Source: an uncultured Methanosarcinales archaeon
GTDB taxonomy: Archaea > Halobacteriota > Methanosarcinia > Methanotrichales > Methanotrichaceae
Assembly: GCA_963843555.1 (NCBI GenBank)
Contig: CAWJKV010000003.1
Coordinates: 192,001 to 256,000 of the forward strand
Direction: 5' to 3'
Length of the DNA: 64,000 bases
Shown here piece by piece: positions 52,699 through 64,000 of the stretch. The position numbers and the translations under genes were made by a program. A model generated the notes under the pieces. It saw nothing but the letters and a program-made list of their open reading frames with translations. It was not told the origin of the DNA and made no database searches. How positions within the stretch are numbered: the stretch's first letter is position 1; each line of letters starts with the position of its first letter.

Positions 52699-54708
52699 TT
52701 GAAACTGGTAGATCTGCCCGGCGTGGGCTCTCGCATAAGAGAGCGCCTCTTGGAGCAATACGGGGACGAGGAAAAAGCCCTGCAGGCGGTCTTGAATGCA
52801 GATGTGGCCGGCCTGTGCAGGGCCTTGAGCGAACGCCAGGCACTCTCCTCTTGGTGCAGCATGCCAGGGGTTTGAAGTATGCCGTCACGCCCGAGCAGTT
52901 CCTGGCCACGGATGAGGCGGCCAGGATCCAACAGATGCTCATCTCCCGCCTGGCAGGCTATGCACATACCGAATATGCCCGGCTCAAGATCGGCACTCTG
53001 TTTGCCTCTTCGTCAATGGAGCTTCTGGCCGAGAACCGCAAGTTGCGTCCGGCAGCGCTTGAGACGGCAAAGAAGGTGCAGGGACAGGGCCTGGAGGAGC
53101 TGCTGAAAAAAATCCGGCCGCTGCGGGAGAAGGCATCTTCCAGGGTCAGGGAGAGGGCGGTGGCCGCCACCTCGGCCGAGGCCTTTCAGAGGCTGAAAGC
53201 GCGAGGGTCTGGATAGATTGATAGATCTTCATTTGGCAGAAAGCCCGGCGGAATTGATGGACCTGGCCAGGAGCTACAGCCACGTCTGCCTGGTGGGCGA
53301 GGATATGGAGGGACCCGCAGGAGCTGGAGCTGGCCGAGTCTTTGGAGGAGTGGTATCTGGTGCCCGAGGCGGTCCTGGGATTTTATAAGGAAAATTTAGA
53401 GTACTCTGCTGGCCGCAGTCGAGGCGGCTTCCAGGCTGCAGGCTGCGGGGATTGACTGATTTTCGGAATGGGAGGACTTGCAGAAGCTGATCTCGCAGAT
53501 TGAATGAGAGCGGGGACGGTGAAGGAGAACGTCTGGACAGATTGGCGGCGCGGCTGGGCGGGTGCGTGAGCGAGGCCGTCTCCTGGGCCAATGAGGAGCT
53601 GAAGAGAAAGATCGAGAAGAGCTCGCTGACCTTGGGCGGGACGGATCTGCTCCTGGTCATGAGCCGGGGAGAAGGCGTGCGGGAGCTCTTGGAGGTGCAG
53701 ATGAAGGGCGTCTTTGCAGGAGGTCTTGCGGGAGGCAAAATTGCGCGCTGCCCGGCGATCTGGAGCTGCAGGGAGTCGGAGACGGTGTGGCTGGATGAGA
53801 TCTTCTCGGCTGAGGTCAGCTATCCTCTGGAGCTGGACCGACAGGCTTTGCGCTCCTTTGAGCAGGATCTAAGAAGCCGGAGGGAAGGACGGGGCTTGAG
53901 GGCAAGAAGGGAGACTGGCCCGGGGCCTGGACGGCCAGAAGGATAAGGCCAGCGGCACTGGTCCATGCGCTGATGGAGTTTGACTTCGCCTATGCCCTGG
54001 GCTGCTTTGCCCTGGCGGAGAATCTCACCTTTCCCGAGATCGCCGAGGAGCCGTGCCTCTGTTTTGAGGAGGGCCACCATCTCTTTTTGGAGAAGCCGGA
54101 TGCCGGTGAGCTACTCCCTGGGCGCGGCCGAGCACAAGGAGACGGTGGCCCTGCTCAGCGGCGTCAACTCGGGCGGCAAGACCTCGTTGCTGGATCTGAT
54201 CGCCCAGATCGTCATCCTGGCGCACATGGGCCTGCCCGTGCCTGCCCGAGCCTGCAGGCTCTGTCTCTTTGAGGAGATGTACTACTTCAGCAAGAGCCGT
54301 GGCACTCTCTCTGCCGGGGCCTTCGAGACGGCCATGAAGAAGTTTGCCGTGGTGGAGAATCAGAAGAGAAAGCTGGTCCTGGCGGACGAGCTGGAGGCCA
54401 TCACCGAGCCGGGAGCCTCGGCGCGCATCATCGCCTGCATGCTGGACGAGCTGAACCGGCGCGACTGCGTGGCCATCTTCGTCAGCCACCTGGCCGAGGA
54501 TGTGCGCCGCTTTGCCGAGACACCGGTGCGGGTGGACGGGATAGAGGCGGAAGGGCTGGATGAGAACAACTGCCTTGTGGTGAACCGAAGCCCGCGATAC
54601 AATTATCTGGCGCGCAGCACTCCCGAGCTGATACTGGACAGGCTGGTGCGCTCCACCAAAGGGCCGGAGCGGGAGTTTTATGCCAGACTGCTGGCGAAGT
54701 TTAAGTGA
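52699..54708 (+). CDS. Archaeal MutS-family ATPase with N-terminal helix-hairpin-helix (multiple frameshifts)
   Basis: LPGVG HhH; LSGVNSGGKTSLL, LAHMGLPVPA, AGAFE, LADELEAITEPGASARII, FVSHLA. Confidence 0.88.
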
Positions 54709-54803
54709 AGCATAAAGAAATTGATGGCGGTGCACGGGCGAAGTTTGTTGTTGCGGATCGGCTCAAGGTGCTCCTTTTATATTCTTGAGACCAGGCTATT
54801 TTT

Positions 54804-55021
54804 ATGGAAATCTGGCAGATAGTCGTGATCTGTATTCTCATGATCCCCCTCTTCCTGGTCGCCAACTACATCATCGTCAAGAAGATGGCCGCGAACAGAA
54901 GAGTCGCGACGACCGGATCGAGCGGGCCGTCTCCGACAGCGTGGCGGCGAGCTATGCTGACAAGGGGCTGCCCCGCCAGAGCTGGCCCAAGTATAAGGCG
55001 GCGAGGAAGAGGAAAAAATAG
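54804..55021 (+). CDS. Small single-TM protein (probable frameshift)
   Basis: MEIWQIVVICILMIPLFLVANYIIVKK followed by a basic tail ending ARKRKK in the other frame. Confidence 0.5.
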
Positions 55022-55384
55022 CAATTTGGCCGCAGGATTTGACCGATAGATATATAGTCCAGAAGGTATCTCTTTAATAGGCTTCATTGCATTGATTTGG
55101 AAATGGCAGAGGCAGCAACACTTGGTCTCAAGAATGATGACCAACATGAGGCTCCCTTAAACGAGACGGATCTTATTAAAACGACTTGATCATTATATTA
55201 TCACTTCAGTTTTAAAAATAGCATTCTTCGTTTAGCGCCTCTGCATCCGGTTGGAGTATCTATCTGGAAGGCTTTACAGCAGATAGACTCAACTTGTTTT
55301 CAGATCCTCGCTCAGTAGAGCTTCAACCAAAATTGAGGGCATCGCCCTATAGGGCATCGCTCTAATATCATTAAGAGGCAATAA

Positions 55385-56653
55385 ATGTCATTTGGAAATT
55401 TAAATATCATAGATCCGCTCTTGCGAGCGCTGGCCAAAGAAGGATACACCACACCCACGCCGATTCAGATGCTGGCCATACCTCCTCTGCTGGATGGAAA
55501 AGACCTGGTGGGCATCGCTCAGACGGGCACGGGCAAGACGGCAGCATTCGTCCTGCCCATACTGCAGAAGATGATGGAGGTGCGCAAGTCTTCTCCACCG
55601 GGAGTTCCACGCGTACTTGTGCTCGCGCCTACCCGTGAGCTGGCTGCCCAGATAGGTCAGAGCTTTGCCACATATGGTCAGTTTCTCCGCTTCAGGCAAT
55701 TGGTCATATTCGGCGGGGTCCGCCAGGGGCCGCAGGTCCAGACGCTCTCCCGGGGAGTCGATATCCTCATCGCCACACCAGGGCGGCTGCTCGACCTGAT
55801 GAATCAGGGTTACATACAACTGAAGGGCGTGGAGTTCTTCGTCCTGGACGAGATCGACCGTATGCTTGACATGGGTTTCATCAAGGATGTGCGCCGGGTG
55901 GTCTCAGCGTTGCCTGAGAAGCGCAATTCACTATTCTTCTCAGCCACAATGTCTCCCCAGACCAGCGAGTTTGCGGAGAGCTTTCTCCATAATCCTGTGC
56001 ATGTAGAGGCAGCCCATACTACGTGCACTCTGGACTGTATCGATCAGAGCGTCTTCTTTGTGGATCAGAACTCCAAGAATTCCCTGTTGCTGGAGCTTCT
56101 CAGAGATGGAGATATGGACCGCGTTCTGGTCTTCGCCCGCACGAAACACCGGGCGGACAAAGTTGCCATGATGCTGGAAAAGAACCGGGTCCGGGCGGAT
56201 GCCATTCACGGCAACAAGTCGCAAAACCAGCGCACCAAGGCCATGCATAACTTCAAATCCGGTCACATCCAGGTACTTGTGGCAACGGATATTGCGGCGC
56301 GCGGTATCGATATCGATGACATTACTCATGTCGTAAATTACGATCTGCCCAACGAGCCGGAGAGCTATGTTCACCGCATCGGCCGCACCGGGCGGGCAGG
56401 CGCGAGCGGCACGGCATTCTCGTTCTGCGCTGCAGATGAGCGCAGCTTCCTGAGGGATATCGAGAGGCTCACCCGGGAACAGATAAAGGTGGCAGAGCAC
56501 CAGTTCCATTCCGAAAAAGCCAAGATGGCGACGGGTTTGGCTGCAAAGCCGGTCCCACCCGGCAGATCGAGGGTCACACAGAGATCGATCCAGACGAAGA
56601 GCATGGGAAAATCTGCTCCTCGCAGATCGCACTCTGCCAGAGTAGCCTGCTGA
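55385..56653 (+). CDS. DEAD-box RNA helicase (RhlE-like)
   Basis: PTPIQ, AQTGTGKT, PTRELA, TPGRL, DEID, SAT, ARGID, HRIGRTGR. Confidence 0.96.
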   Translation: MSFGNLNIIDPLLRALAKEGYTTPTPIQMLAIPPLLDGKDLVGIAQTGTGKTAAFVLPILQKMMEVRKSSPPGVPRVLVLAPTRELAAQIGQSFATYGQFLRFRQLVIFGGVRQGPQVQTLSRGVDILIATPGRLLDLMNQGYIQLKGVEFFVLDEIDRMLDMGFIKDVRRVVSALPEKRNSLFFSATMSPQTSEFAESFLHNPVHVEAAHTTCTLDCIDQSVFFVDQNSKNSLLLELLRDGDMDRVLVFARTKHRADKVAMMLEKNRVRADAIHGNKSQNQRTKAMHNFKSGHIQVLVATDIAARGIDIDDITHVVNYDLPNEPESYVHRIGRTGRAGASGTAFSFCAADERSFLRDIERLTREQIKVAEHQFHSEKAKMATGLAAKPVPPGRSRVTQRSIQTKSMGKSAPRRSHSARVAC

Positions 56654-57152
56654 TTGGGCTGTTGGATAGGGCTATTTTGTGATAGAAAAATAGCCCGCTA
56701 TTTTTTTAAATTTTTGATTACGGGCCTCGCATGTGCGCATACGGTACGGGCGTGCGCATGTGGGCGCGGCCCCGCCCGGGCGAGCGTGGCGGGCTGCGTG
56801 CAGATGGCTGCACTTACGAGCCTGGGTTCAGTTTGCCTCCAGCTCCTTGGCCCTGGCGAAGGCGGCCTCGGCTTCTGTCGGTCCTTCCGAGGGCCTCAAG
56901 AGCAATGGCTTTGTTTTGAACTCTTCAATATCTTTGCCTTAGCAGAATTTCGGGGAAATCTTCCCGATTCACCTAGATATTCTAGCCATCCCAATCGCCG
57001 AATTGGTTTGAGCCTAATCCAGTAAAAGTCTTGTATGTAGCCAAATCAGGCTTTTCGGCATCACCTATGCATTTTTCCTGTTATCCGCTGGCATGATTGC
57101 AACAAAAATGTGCTTTAATCCAAAGCGACCATAATAGGAAAGAGGCTTTTGT

Positions 57153-58192
57153 ATGAAACTTATGAAACTGATCTTAGTGGCCATGCTCATTGGCACGATG
57201 ATGCCTGTGGCTCTATCTCAAGGAAGTTATCTCAGTCCCTACATAGGCCAAATATACCCAACCGACTGGCTGGAAGGCGGGTACGTTAGCAGTTTCGACC
57301 GTTCAACGATGATGGACCCGGGGATAGCTGGCATGGTTCATTGGCTCGACGCTCCTGTTCCATACGTCTCCGGGTACAGTTCCGATGCTTCCTTCTATAA
57401 GCAAATGGTACCGGCCTCGACGTTCTCGCCTTTCAGCAGAGTATTATGGAACCGCAAGTGCACCCATTGGGGGTGAGATAATTAGCGATCCTGTAAGATT
57501 CGATATCACCCAGGCGACACCATCCAGCGTGTACTACGGAGCCGGCCAGGGTTTGCCTTACTCTCAGTATCTATCCATTGTGCCCTCCAAGACCAATGAT
57601 CTCTGGATCCGGGGGACAAGAAAATTGGACACAGTATCTGGTGAGCCCTGTGGGAATGACTCTGGAGCTGATTGCCGATGTTCCTGGTGGTGGGGTGGGA
57701 AGCTTCTATCATACTATTCAGACGGAAACAAGCCGCCAAGAGTCCAAAATAGTTCAGTTCAACGCAGGCTATAACACCATGAAATTCAATGCTGACCAGA
57801 TAGGAAGACATATCCTATACTTCGTAGCAGGCAACCAGCCGAGCAATGTGGTCATTGTGGATGTGTTTGCCCAGGCGCCGCAGGCTCAGCCTTCTACTTA
57901 TCCTTTGACAGATTCAGCAAATGCTCCGCAGTACTTATCTCCATCACAAATGCCGGCAACAGCGCCTTCTTCTGGAGAAGTGCCAGTGACAATAAGCTAT
58001 CCCAATCCGGGTAGCTTCCAGGTTTACGTCGACGGTGCCTACGTGGGCACTGGCGCAAATGGAGACTTCACCTTCAAAGCCAAAGGTGGCATGTCTCATG
58101 TGATAAGCATTTGGGATGGCTTCTGGATGTACCAGAAGAGCATTTACTTCGAGAGCGGATTGCCAAAAGTGATCAATGTTGAGGCAATTTAG
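57153..58192 (+). CDS. Secreted Tyr/Pro-rich hypothetical protein with a PEGA-like C-terminus (frameshifted)
   Basis: Signal peptide; three overlapping ORFs join; QVYVDGAYVG. Confidence 0.7.
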
Positions 58193-58207
58193 CGGTGAAA
58201 ATACCGA

Positions 58208-60407
58208 TCAAGAATGTGATGGTTGATACCTGTTCAGCACCTCGGCCAGTTCATTCATTTTTACGGGCTTGGTGATGTAGGCGTCCATCCCGGCACCCAG
58301 ACACTTGTCCCGGTCGCCTTCCAGAGCATAGGCAGTGATGGCTATCACCTTCGGCCCATCGACAGGCCAGCGCTGGCGGATAATCCGGGTGGCTTCATGC
58401 CCGTCCATCTCAGGCATTCTCACGTCCATGAGCACAATGTCGTAACGCTGGCGTTCCAGCGCCTGGCATACTTCAATTCCATTAGCAGCCGCGTCCGCGC
58501 TGTAGCCCAGGTGTTTGAGCATCTGCAGAATGACTTTCTGGCTTGATACATTATCCTCGGCCAGGAGTATCCGCAGAGGATTGGCCTCTGCCTTCTTATC
58601 GACATTGCCGGGCCGGGTTGCTTCTTGAGCATTTCCTCTCGATATGATCTCCATCAACATCTTATGCAGTTGGGACGGCTTGATGGGCGTCGTCAGGTGG
58701 AAGGCATGATTGGCTGGAATACGCCGTCCCAAAGTGGTCAGCATCACCAGTGGCAGAGACTTGTTGTATTTGCTGATCTCCCCGGCCAGAGCCAGGCCAT
58801 CCATATCCGGCATATCCATATCCAGAATGGCCACATCGAAAGCATCTCCTCTCCTGACCCAGTCCAGAGCCTCCTGGCTCAAGGATGCGATCCGAGGAAC
58901 CATGCCCCAGGTGTAGGCATAGGCTCCCAGGATGCGGCGGTTGGTCTTGTTGCCATCGACTATGAGCACATGCTTTCCCACAAGCTCTGGCTGAACTCCA
59001 TTCAAATCAGCGGTCTGCTCTTCAGGAACGGCAACAGCAAGGATAGTGAAATGGAAGGTTGAGCCCTTTCCAGGTCTGCTCTCAACCCAGATCCTGCCTC
59101 CCATCAGCTCCACAAGCTTCTTACTTATGGCCAGACCCAGGCCAGTTCCACCCTCGGAACGAAAGGATAAGGGCTCTACCTGGCTGAAGGATTGGAAGAG
59201 CAGGTCCAGCTTGTCACCGGGAATGCCTATTCCCGTATCCTGAACAGCAAAGTGAATTTCGCGATCATTGCCCTGATTGCGGGACACGGACAGCTTGACC
59301 TCACCCCTATCTGTAAACCTTATGGCGTTGCTCAGCAGATTGCCCAGGATCTGGCGAAGCCTGGCAGGATCAGAGATGATGTGCCCGGGAACACTGGTGT
59401 CAATGGTGTAAGCCAGGTTCAGACCCTTCTCCACAGCCTTGACGTTTACCAGTTCGAGGGCTTCTTCGATGGTGGACCGGAGGTCGAAGGGCTGCTCCTC
59501 CAGCACCACCCTATTGCTTTCCATCTTGGAGAAATCCAGGATATCGTTTATGACGACCATCAGGGCATCACCGCTGAGCCGGATGGTCTCTACGAAGTCC
59601 TTCTGCTCCTCCGTCAGAGTATCATCATAAAGGAGCAGGCTGGTCATACCTATGACGGAGTTCATGGGCGTGCGAATCTCGTGGCTCATGCTGGCCATGA
59701 AAGCGGATTTGGCCTCGACAGCGACCTCGGCCGCCTCTTTGGCCCTCAATAGATCCAGGTTGATTCTCTCAAGATCTGCCGTTCTCTCCTGAACCCTCTG
59801 CTCCAGATCGTTCTTCAATTGTATCAGAGCCTTTTCGGCAAGCTTTGTCTCGGTTATATCGATGACGGCGATCCGGCACTCTCTCTCTTGCCTTTTCGGG
59901 AGGTCTTCCGTGGCCGTGCCCTTCAAGGCGGGCATAGAATGGAGGCCCATTTTTTTTGAGAAGGAACAATTCGCACATTTGCTTGACAGAGGTCTCAAAT
60001 GCTTTTTGGGAGAAATCTTCAAAAGAAGGACGGTCTTTTGGCGCAACAAACCTCTGGAAACTTTTTTTTGTAAGATTGCGCCTCTCCACGCCGAGGAGAG
60101 TGGCACCCGCCAGATTGGACTCCAGGATCTGCCCTCGCTCATCCAGAGTGAACAATCCGATGGGCGCAAAGTCGTAGAGGTCGGAGTACTTCGCAAACGC
60201 CTCTTCCGCCTCCAGCCTGGCACGCTTCAGCTCCTCGTTCTGCATCTCCAGTTCTATCTGATGGACCTGCAGCTCGTGAACCAGAGCCAGAGCGTTTATG
60301 CTCTCCTCTTCCCCGGGGTCGAGCTACCTCTTCTATCCTTCAGGCTCTCCTCTGCCAATCTGGCGCAGATCACTTTCATTGTTTAGCTTGGTTTTTTCCT
60401 TCTTCAT
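58208..60407 (-). CDS. Hybrid sensor histidine kinase/response regulator (PAS-HisKA-HATPase-REC-REC; frameshifted)
   Basis: [51 protein letters not shown]; two receiver domains. Confidence 0.93.
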
Positions 60408-60411
60408 GACC

Positions 60412-63366
60412 TTACCCGTCTGTAATTGGGGACTGCTCTTTGCGATTCGTGATGTCTTCTATGGCGAGGAGGATAAGCTCTTTACGGGAGGCCTCCTGAG
60501 CAGATGCGTCGTGCATTGAGGAGCATTCTTCTCTTGCCGATGGCTGGAAACTCATGCTCCATCTGGAACCCCTCGATTGGAGTGTTTCTGGGAAGCAGTT
60601 CCTCCAGAAGCTTTCTTAAGGCAGGAATGTTCCACTGCCCGTTTCCGAGATCGTAAAGAGTTTTGCCCTCGGTCTCTTCGGGCGTTACCTGGAACGTCCG
60701 GTAGAATGAGGGATTGGCCGATACAATTTTTAGATCGTTGTTCAGCACCAAAAGCGATTCCCGAACCGTGCGGATTATCCCCTCGGCGTACTCGGCCCGG
60801 TCGATCATGCGCTCCCCCATCCGTTTGAAATCGGTAATGTCGGAAAAGGTGACCACAACTCCGTCGATGATGTTGTCGGTGGTTCGATAGGGAACGATCC
60901 TCATCAGGTACCACGACCCCCTTTGGTCTGCACCTCTATCTCCTTGAAGACCAGCGACTTCAGCACCTCATTTGCATCTCTGGCCAGACCATCGTATTGC
61001 AGGTTGCTGACTATGTCAGTGATCGGACGGCCTATGTCGCTCTGTATCAGACTGATTATCTTCGTCGCATACGGCGTGAACCTTTTGATTTTGAGGTTGT
61101 TGTCCAGGAATAATGTCGGAACTTGCGTGCTGTCGAGGAGGTTCTTCACATCGTTGTTGATCTCCGAGAGCTCTTCATTCTTAGACTGCAGCTCATAATT
61201 GAGGGTTGTCAGCTCCTCATTGAGGGATTGAAGCTCCTCTTTGGAGGTAACCATCTCTTCATTGGTGCTCTGCATCTCCTCATTGGTCGATTGAAGCTCC
61301 TCGTTCGCGGATTTCAGCTCTTCCTGGCTGGTCTCCATCTCTTCGACGACGGTCTGAAGGTGCTCCTTCGTGTACTGTAGCTCCTTTTCGAGCTCTTCGT
61401 TGATGACCTTCAGCCGGGAAGTGGATCTTGATTTTCCACGGGCTGATCGAGCCCCTTCGACGGGCATGGCTACATCCTCGAACAGGACTATCATCAGCCC
61501 GCGCATCACATCTGGCTTGTCGAAAGGAGTGACTGTGAGGTTGATGGTCTGCAAGGCCCCATTCGTCATAACCCTCAGTCCCTCAATAGTTATCTTCCTC
61601 TTCTCGGCCTTTGCTTTGCGGATGGCGATTCCCAGCTCCGCCCTCAACCCCTCGCGGGCCATGGCGTAGATGTTCATGTTTGCTTTCCCAACAGGCGGTT
61701 CCAGATACTTCCCGGTTTGCCGGGTCAGGTAGAGGATATCTCCCAGGTCATTGATGAGCACAACCGGAGGAGCGATGGTCTGGAGGATGAGAGTTTGGGC
61801 CGTCTCGATGATGCTGGCACTTGGGCCTCTTGGTTCTGCTTTCGGCTTCTGCATTTGGTCTTCATAGGGGAGAGGCAAGGTGGGGAATTCGACCAGTGAC
61901 CTGCGGGCGACTAGATTTTCCCTGCGTTCGAAGAGCTTCCATTTGTTGTCCAGAGGGAGAAGAGGTCTGTGAAGCCTCCAATGGATTCCGATGAGCCGAG
62001 GAGGAGAAGGCCTCCGGGATTCAGGGTGTAATGGAATAACGGCATCAGCTTCTTTTGCGTCTCAGGGCTCAGGTAGATGAGAAGATTTCGGCAACTGAGC
62101 AGATCCAGCCTGGTGAATGGAGGGTCCGTGAGAACGTTCTGCTGCGCAAAGACGATCATCTCCCGGATCTCGCTTCTGATGCGGTAACACTGCTGTCTTC
62201 TTTTATGAAAAACCGCTGCAAACGCTCCTCGGATACGTCCTGGGCGATGTTGGCAGGGTAAGTTCCAGTGCGAGCTATGTCAATGGCCTCTTTGTCTATG
62301 TCGGTGGCGTAGATCTGGATCTTGAAATTGCCTTTCGGCCTTTGCTCATCCAGGCATTCTCTGAAGACGATGGCAATGGAGTATGCCTCTTCGCCGGTGG
62401 AGCATCCGACCACCCAGACGCGGATGGTCTCTTTTCCGTTCTTGCTCTTCAAGAGACGCGATTTGAGTTTATCTTTCAGGGCTTCATAGGAATCCGGTTC
62501 CCTGAAAAAGCTGGTCACGCCGATGAGGAGCTCTTTGAAGAGCAGATCGATCTCATGAGAATTTTCAGACAGGTAACGAACATACTGATTAATATTGCTG
62601 ATTTGATGGATATTCAACCGCCTTTCAATACGGCGGTTAACAGTGCTCTTCTTGTAGAGGCTGAAGTCATTTCCGGTTTGAGCCCGGAGAAGGGCAAATA
62701 TCTTGTTCAGTGCGCCGGTAGTCTTCTTTTCCGCAGCATCGGCAGCCTTCTGGTCAGGCTGGGAGAGTGATTCACATAGCTTTGCAGCCTGGCCGGCAGC
62801 TCATTCACCGGAGCCACAATATCGGCAATGCCCGTATTGATGGCGCTCTGGGGCATTCCGTCGTACTTGGCCGAGCTTATGTCCTGCACCATCACCAAAC
62901 CCATCTTCTCTTTGATGGCCTTCAGGCCTAAAGTCCCGTCCGTACCCATTCCGGAGAGGATGATGCCGATGCCCAACTCCTTCTGGTCATCGGCCAGGTG
63001 CCTGAAGAAGAAGTCGATGGGCATCCGAAATCCTCTGGGCATGGAAGGCTCCAGAAGCTGAAGGGTTCCGTGCATGATGGACATGTCCTTATTGGGCGGA
63101 ATCACATAGACAGAGTTCGGCAGGACCTTCATCCCATCCGCTACCTCAATTACCTTCATGGTGGTGACACGCTGGAGCAGCTCGGCCAGGAGAGCCTTAT
63201 GTGTTGGGTCGAGATGAGAGACCAGCACAAAGGCCATTCCGGTGTCAACTGGCATGTTGCGGAAGAACTCTTCAAATGCCTCCAGAGAACCGGCCGACCC
63301 GCCGATTCCTGCGATGTAGAAAGGCTTCTTTCGTTTTTTCTCAATTTTGAGACTATCGGAAGGCAT
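60412..63366 (-). CDS. CheB methylesterase/CheR methyltransferase/PAS fusion (frameshifted)
   Basis: GGSAGS, SHLDP, LSGMGTDG (CheB); IGVTSFFR, GCSTGEEAYS, CRNLLIY (CheR); EELQSTNEE coiled coil; PAS domains. Confidence 0.93.
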
Positions 63367-63648
63367 GTCTATCGCACCAGTGCAACTCATCATTAATTTG
63401 ATTTCGACCCGTGATTGGAAGAGAGAAGAGCCATAGTCCCAAAAAGGAAGCTTCGATATGGCAATCGGCACCGCACGCTTGCACCAATTGCGTCCGTAGC
63501 CGCCTCACCACTTTGTGGATTTTGGGATTAATTCTAGCTTTGGGCGCAATAGATAACGGCTTTAGTATAAGAATTTATTTAAGAACCTATACTTAAAAGA
63601 TACAAAGAGGGAAAATTAAAAAGAGATTTTACTTTTATGAAGCTTTAC

Positions 63649-63765
63649 TCACAGGTATCGAGAAGGCTCTTTTTTCTTGCCGCCCCTCTTGTCTCCAAGC
63701 TTAATGGGCTCGACCTTCACTTCTGTCTCTTCCTTTTTCTCTTTCTTTTCTTCGTGGTGTGTCAT
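63649..63765 (-). CDS. Putative 38-aa charged small protein
   Basis: GAGGA RBS; MTHHEEKKEKKEETEVKVEPIKLGDKRGGKKKEPSRYL*. Confidence 0.45.
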   Translation of the reverse strand: MTHHEEKKEKKEETEVKVEPIKLGDKRGGKKKEPSRYL

Positions 63766-64000
63766 TTCATTCCTCAATCTATTATTGCAGCTGATCTTAA
63801 ATATATCTTCCGGTGAGCATCATTCGCGCAATCGTTAGCGAATTTGATCATAAAAAAGTGAATTTGAATTTCATCCCAGGACTCAGGTGCCCTTCTGCTC
63901 CAGAATACAGGTGGGGTCCTCTGCCAGCAGGTCACCGTGATAGTAGTAGGCTTTCTGGCGGCATCCACCACATAGTTCCAGATAGTCGCATTTTCCGCAT

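Noticed and set aside
2349..63366. Widespread pseudogenisation or programmed frameshifting (trpS, cofG, cofD, nnr, moaC, MutS-like, CheBR and others)
   Set aside because: Single-base indels hit essential and core genes, often in homopolymer runs, with motifs intact on both sides. Uncorrected sequencing error is the simpler explanation; raw reads would settle it.

Overview
Archaeal methanogen DNA, most consistent with Methanothrix/Methanotrichaceae. This is inferred from mtd, cofG, cofD, egsA, methanogenesis marker 12, an intron-containing tRNA-Tyr and lineage-style secreted proteins. Many core genes, including trpS, carry single-base frameshifts, so the sequence probably has indel errors and most split genes should be read as intact. 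Housekeeping blocks (about 9-23.6 kb and 46.6-56.7 kb) flank a roughly 23 kb accessory region. That region holds a tandem array of secreted matrixin-like proteases with relic copies, an IS110-family element, and a 16 kb cluster of secreted proteins. The IS110 element has 12-bp subterminal inverted repeats and a structured 5' non-coding region containing matches to its own junction sequences (candidate bridge RNA); a 55-bp ends-only derivative lies nearby. The secreted cluster includes Cys-rich repeat proteins, an amyloid-like three-repeat protein, a signal-peptide caspase-like protease, a GEVED protein and a rhodanese that lacks its catalytic Cys but has CxxC motifs; it may build a disulfide-cross-linked extracellular structure. 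Two hicBA loci are present, one bracketed by large palindromic repeats, and a CheB/CheR plus hybrid kinase module closes the window.
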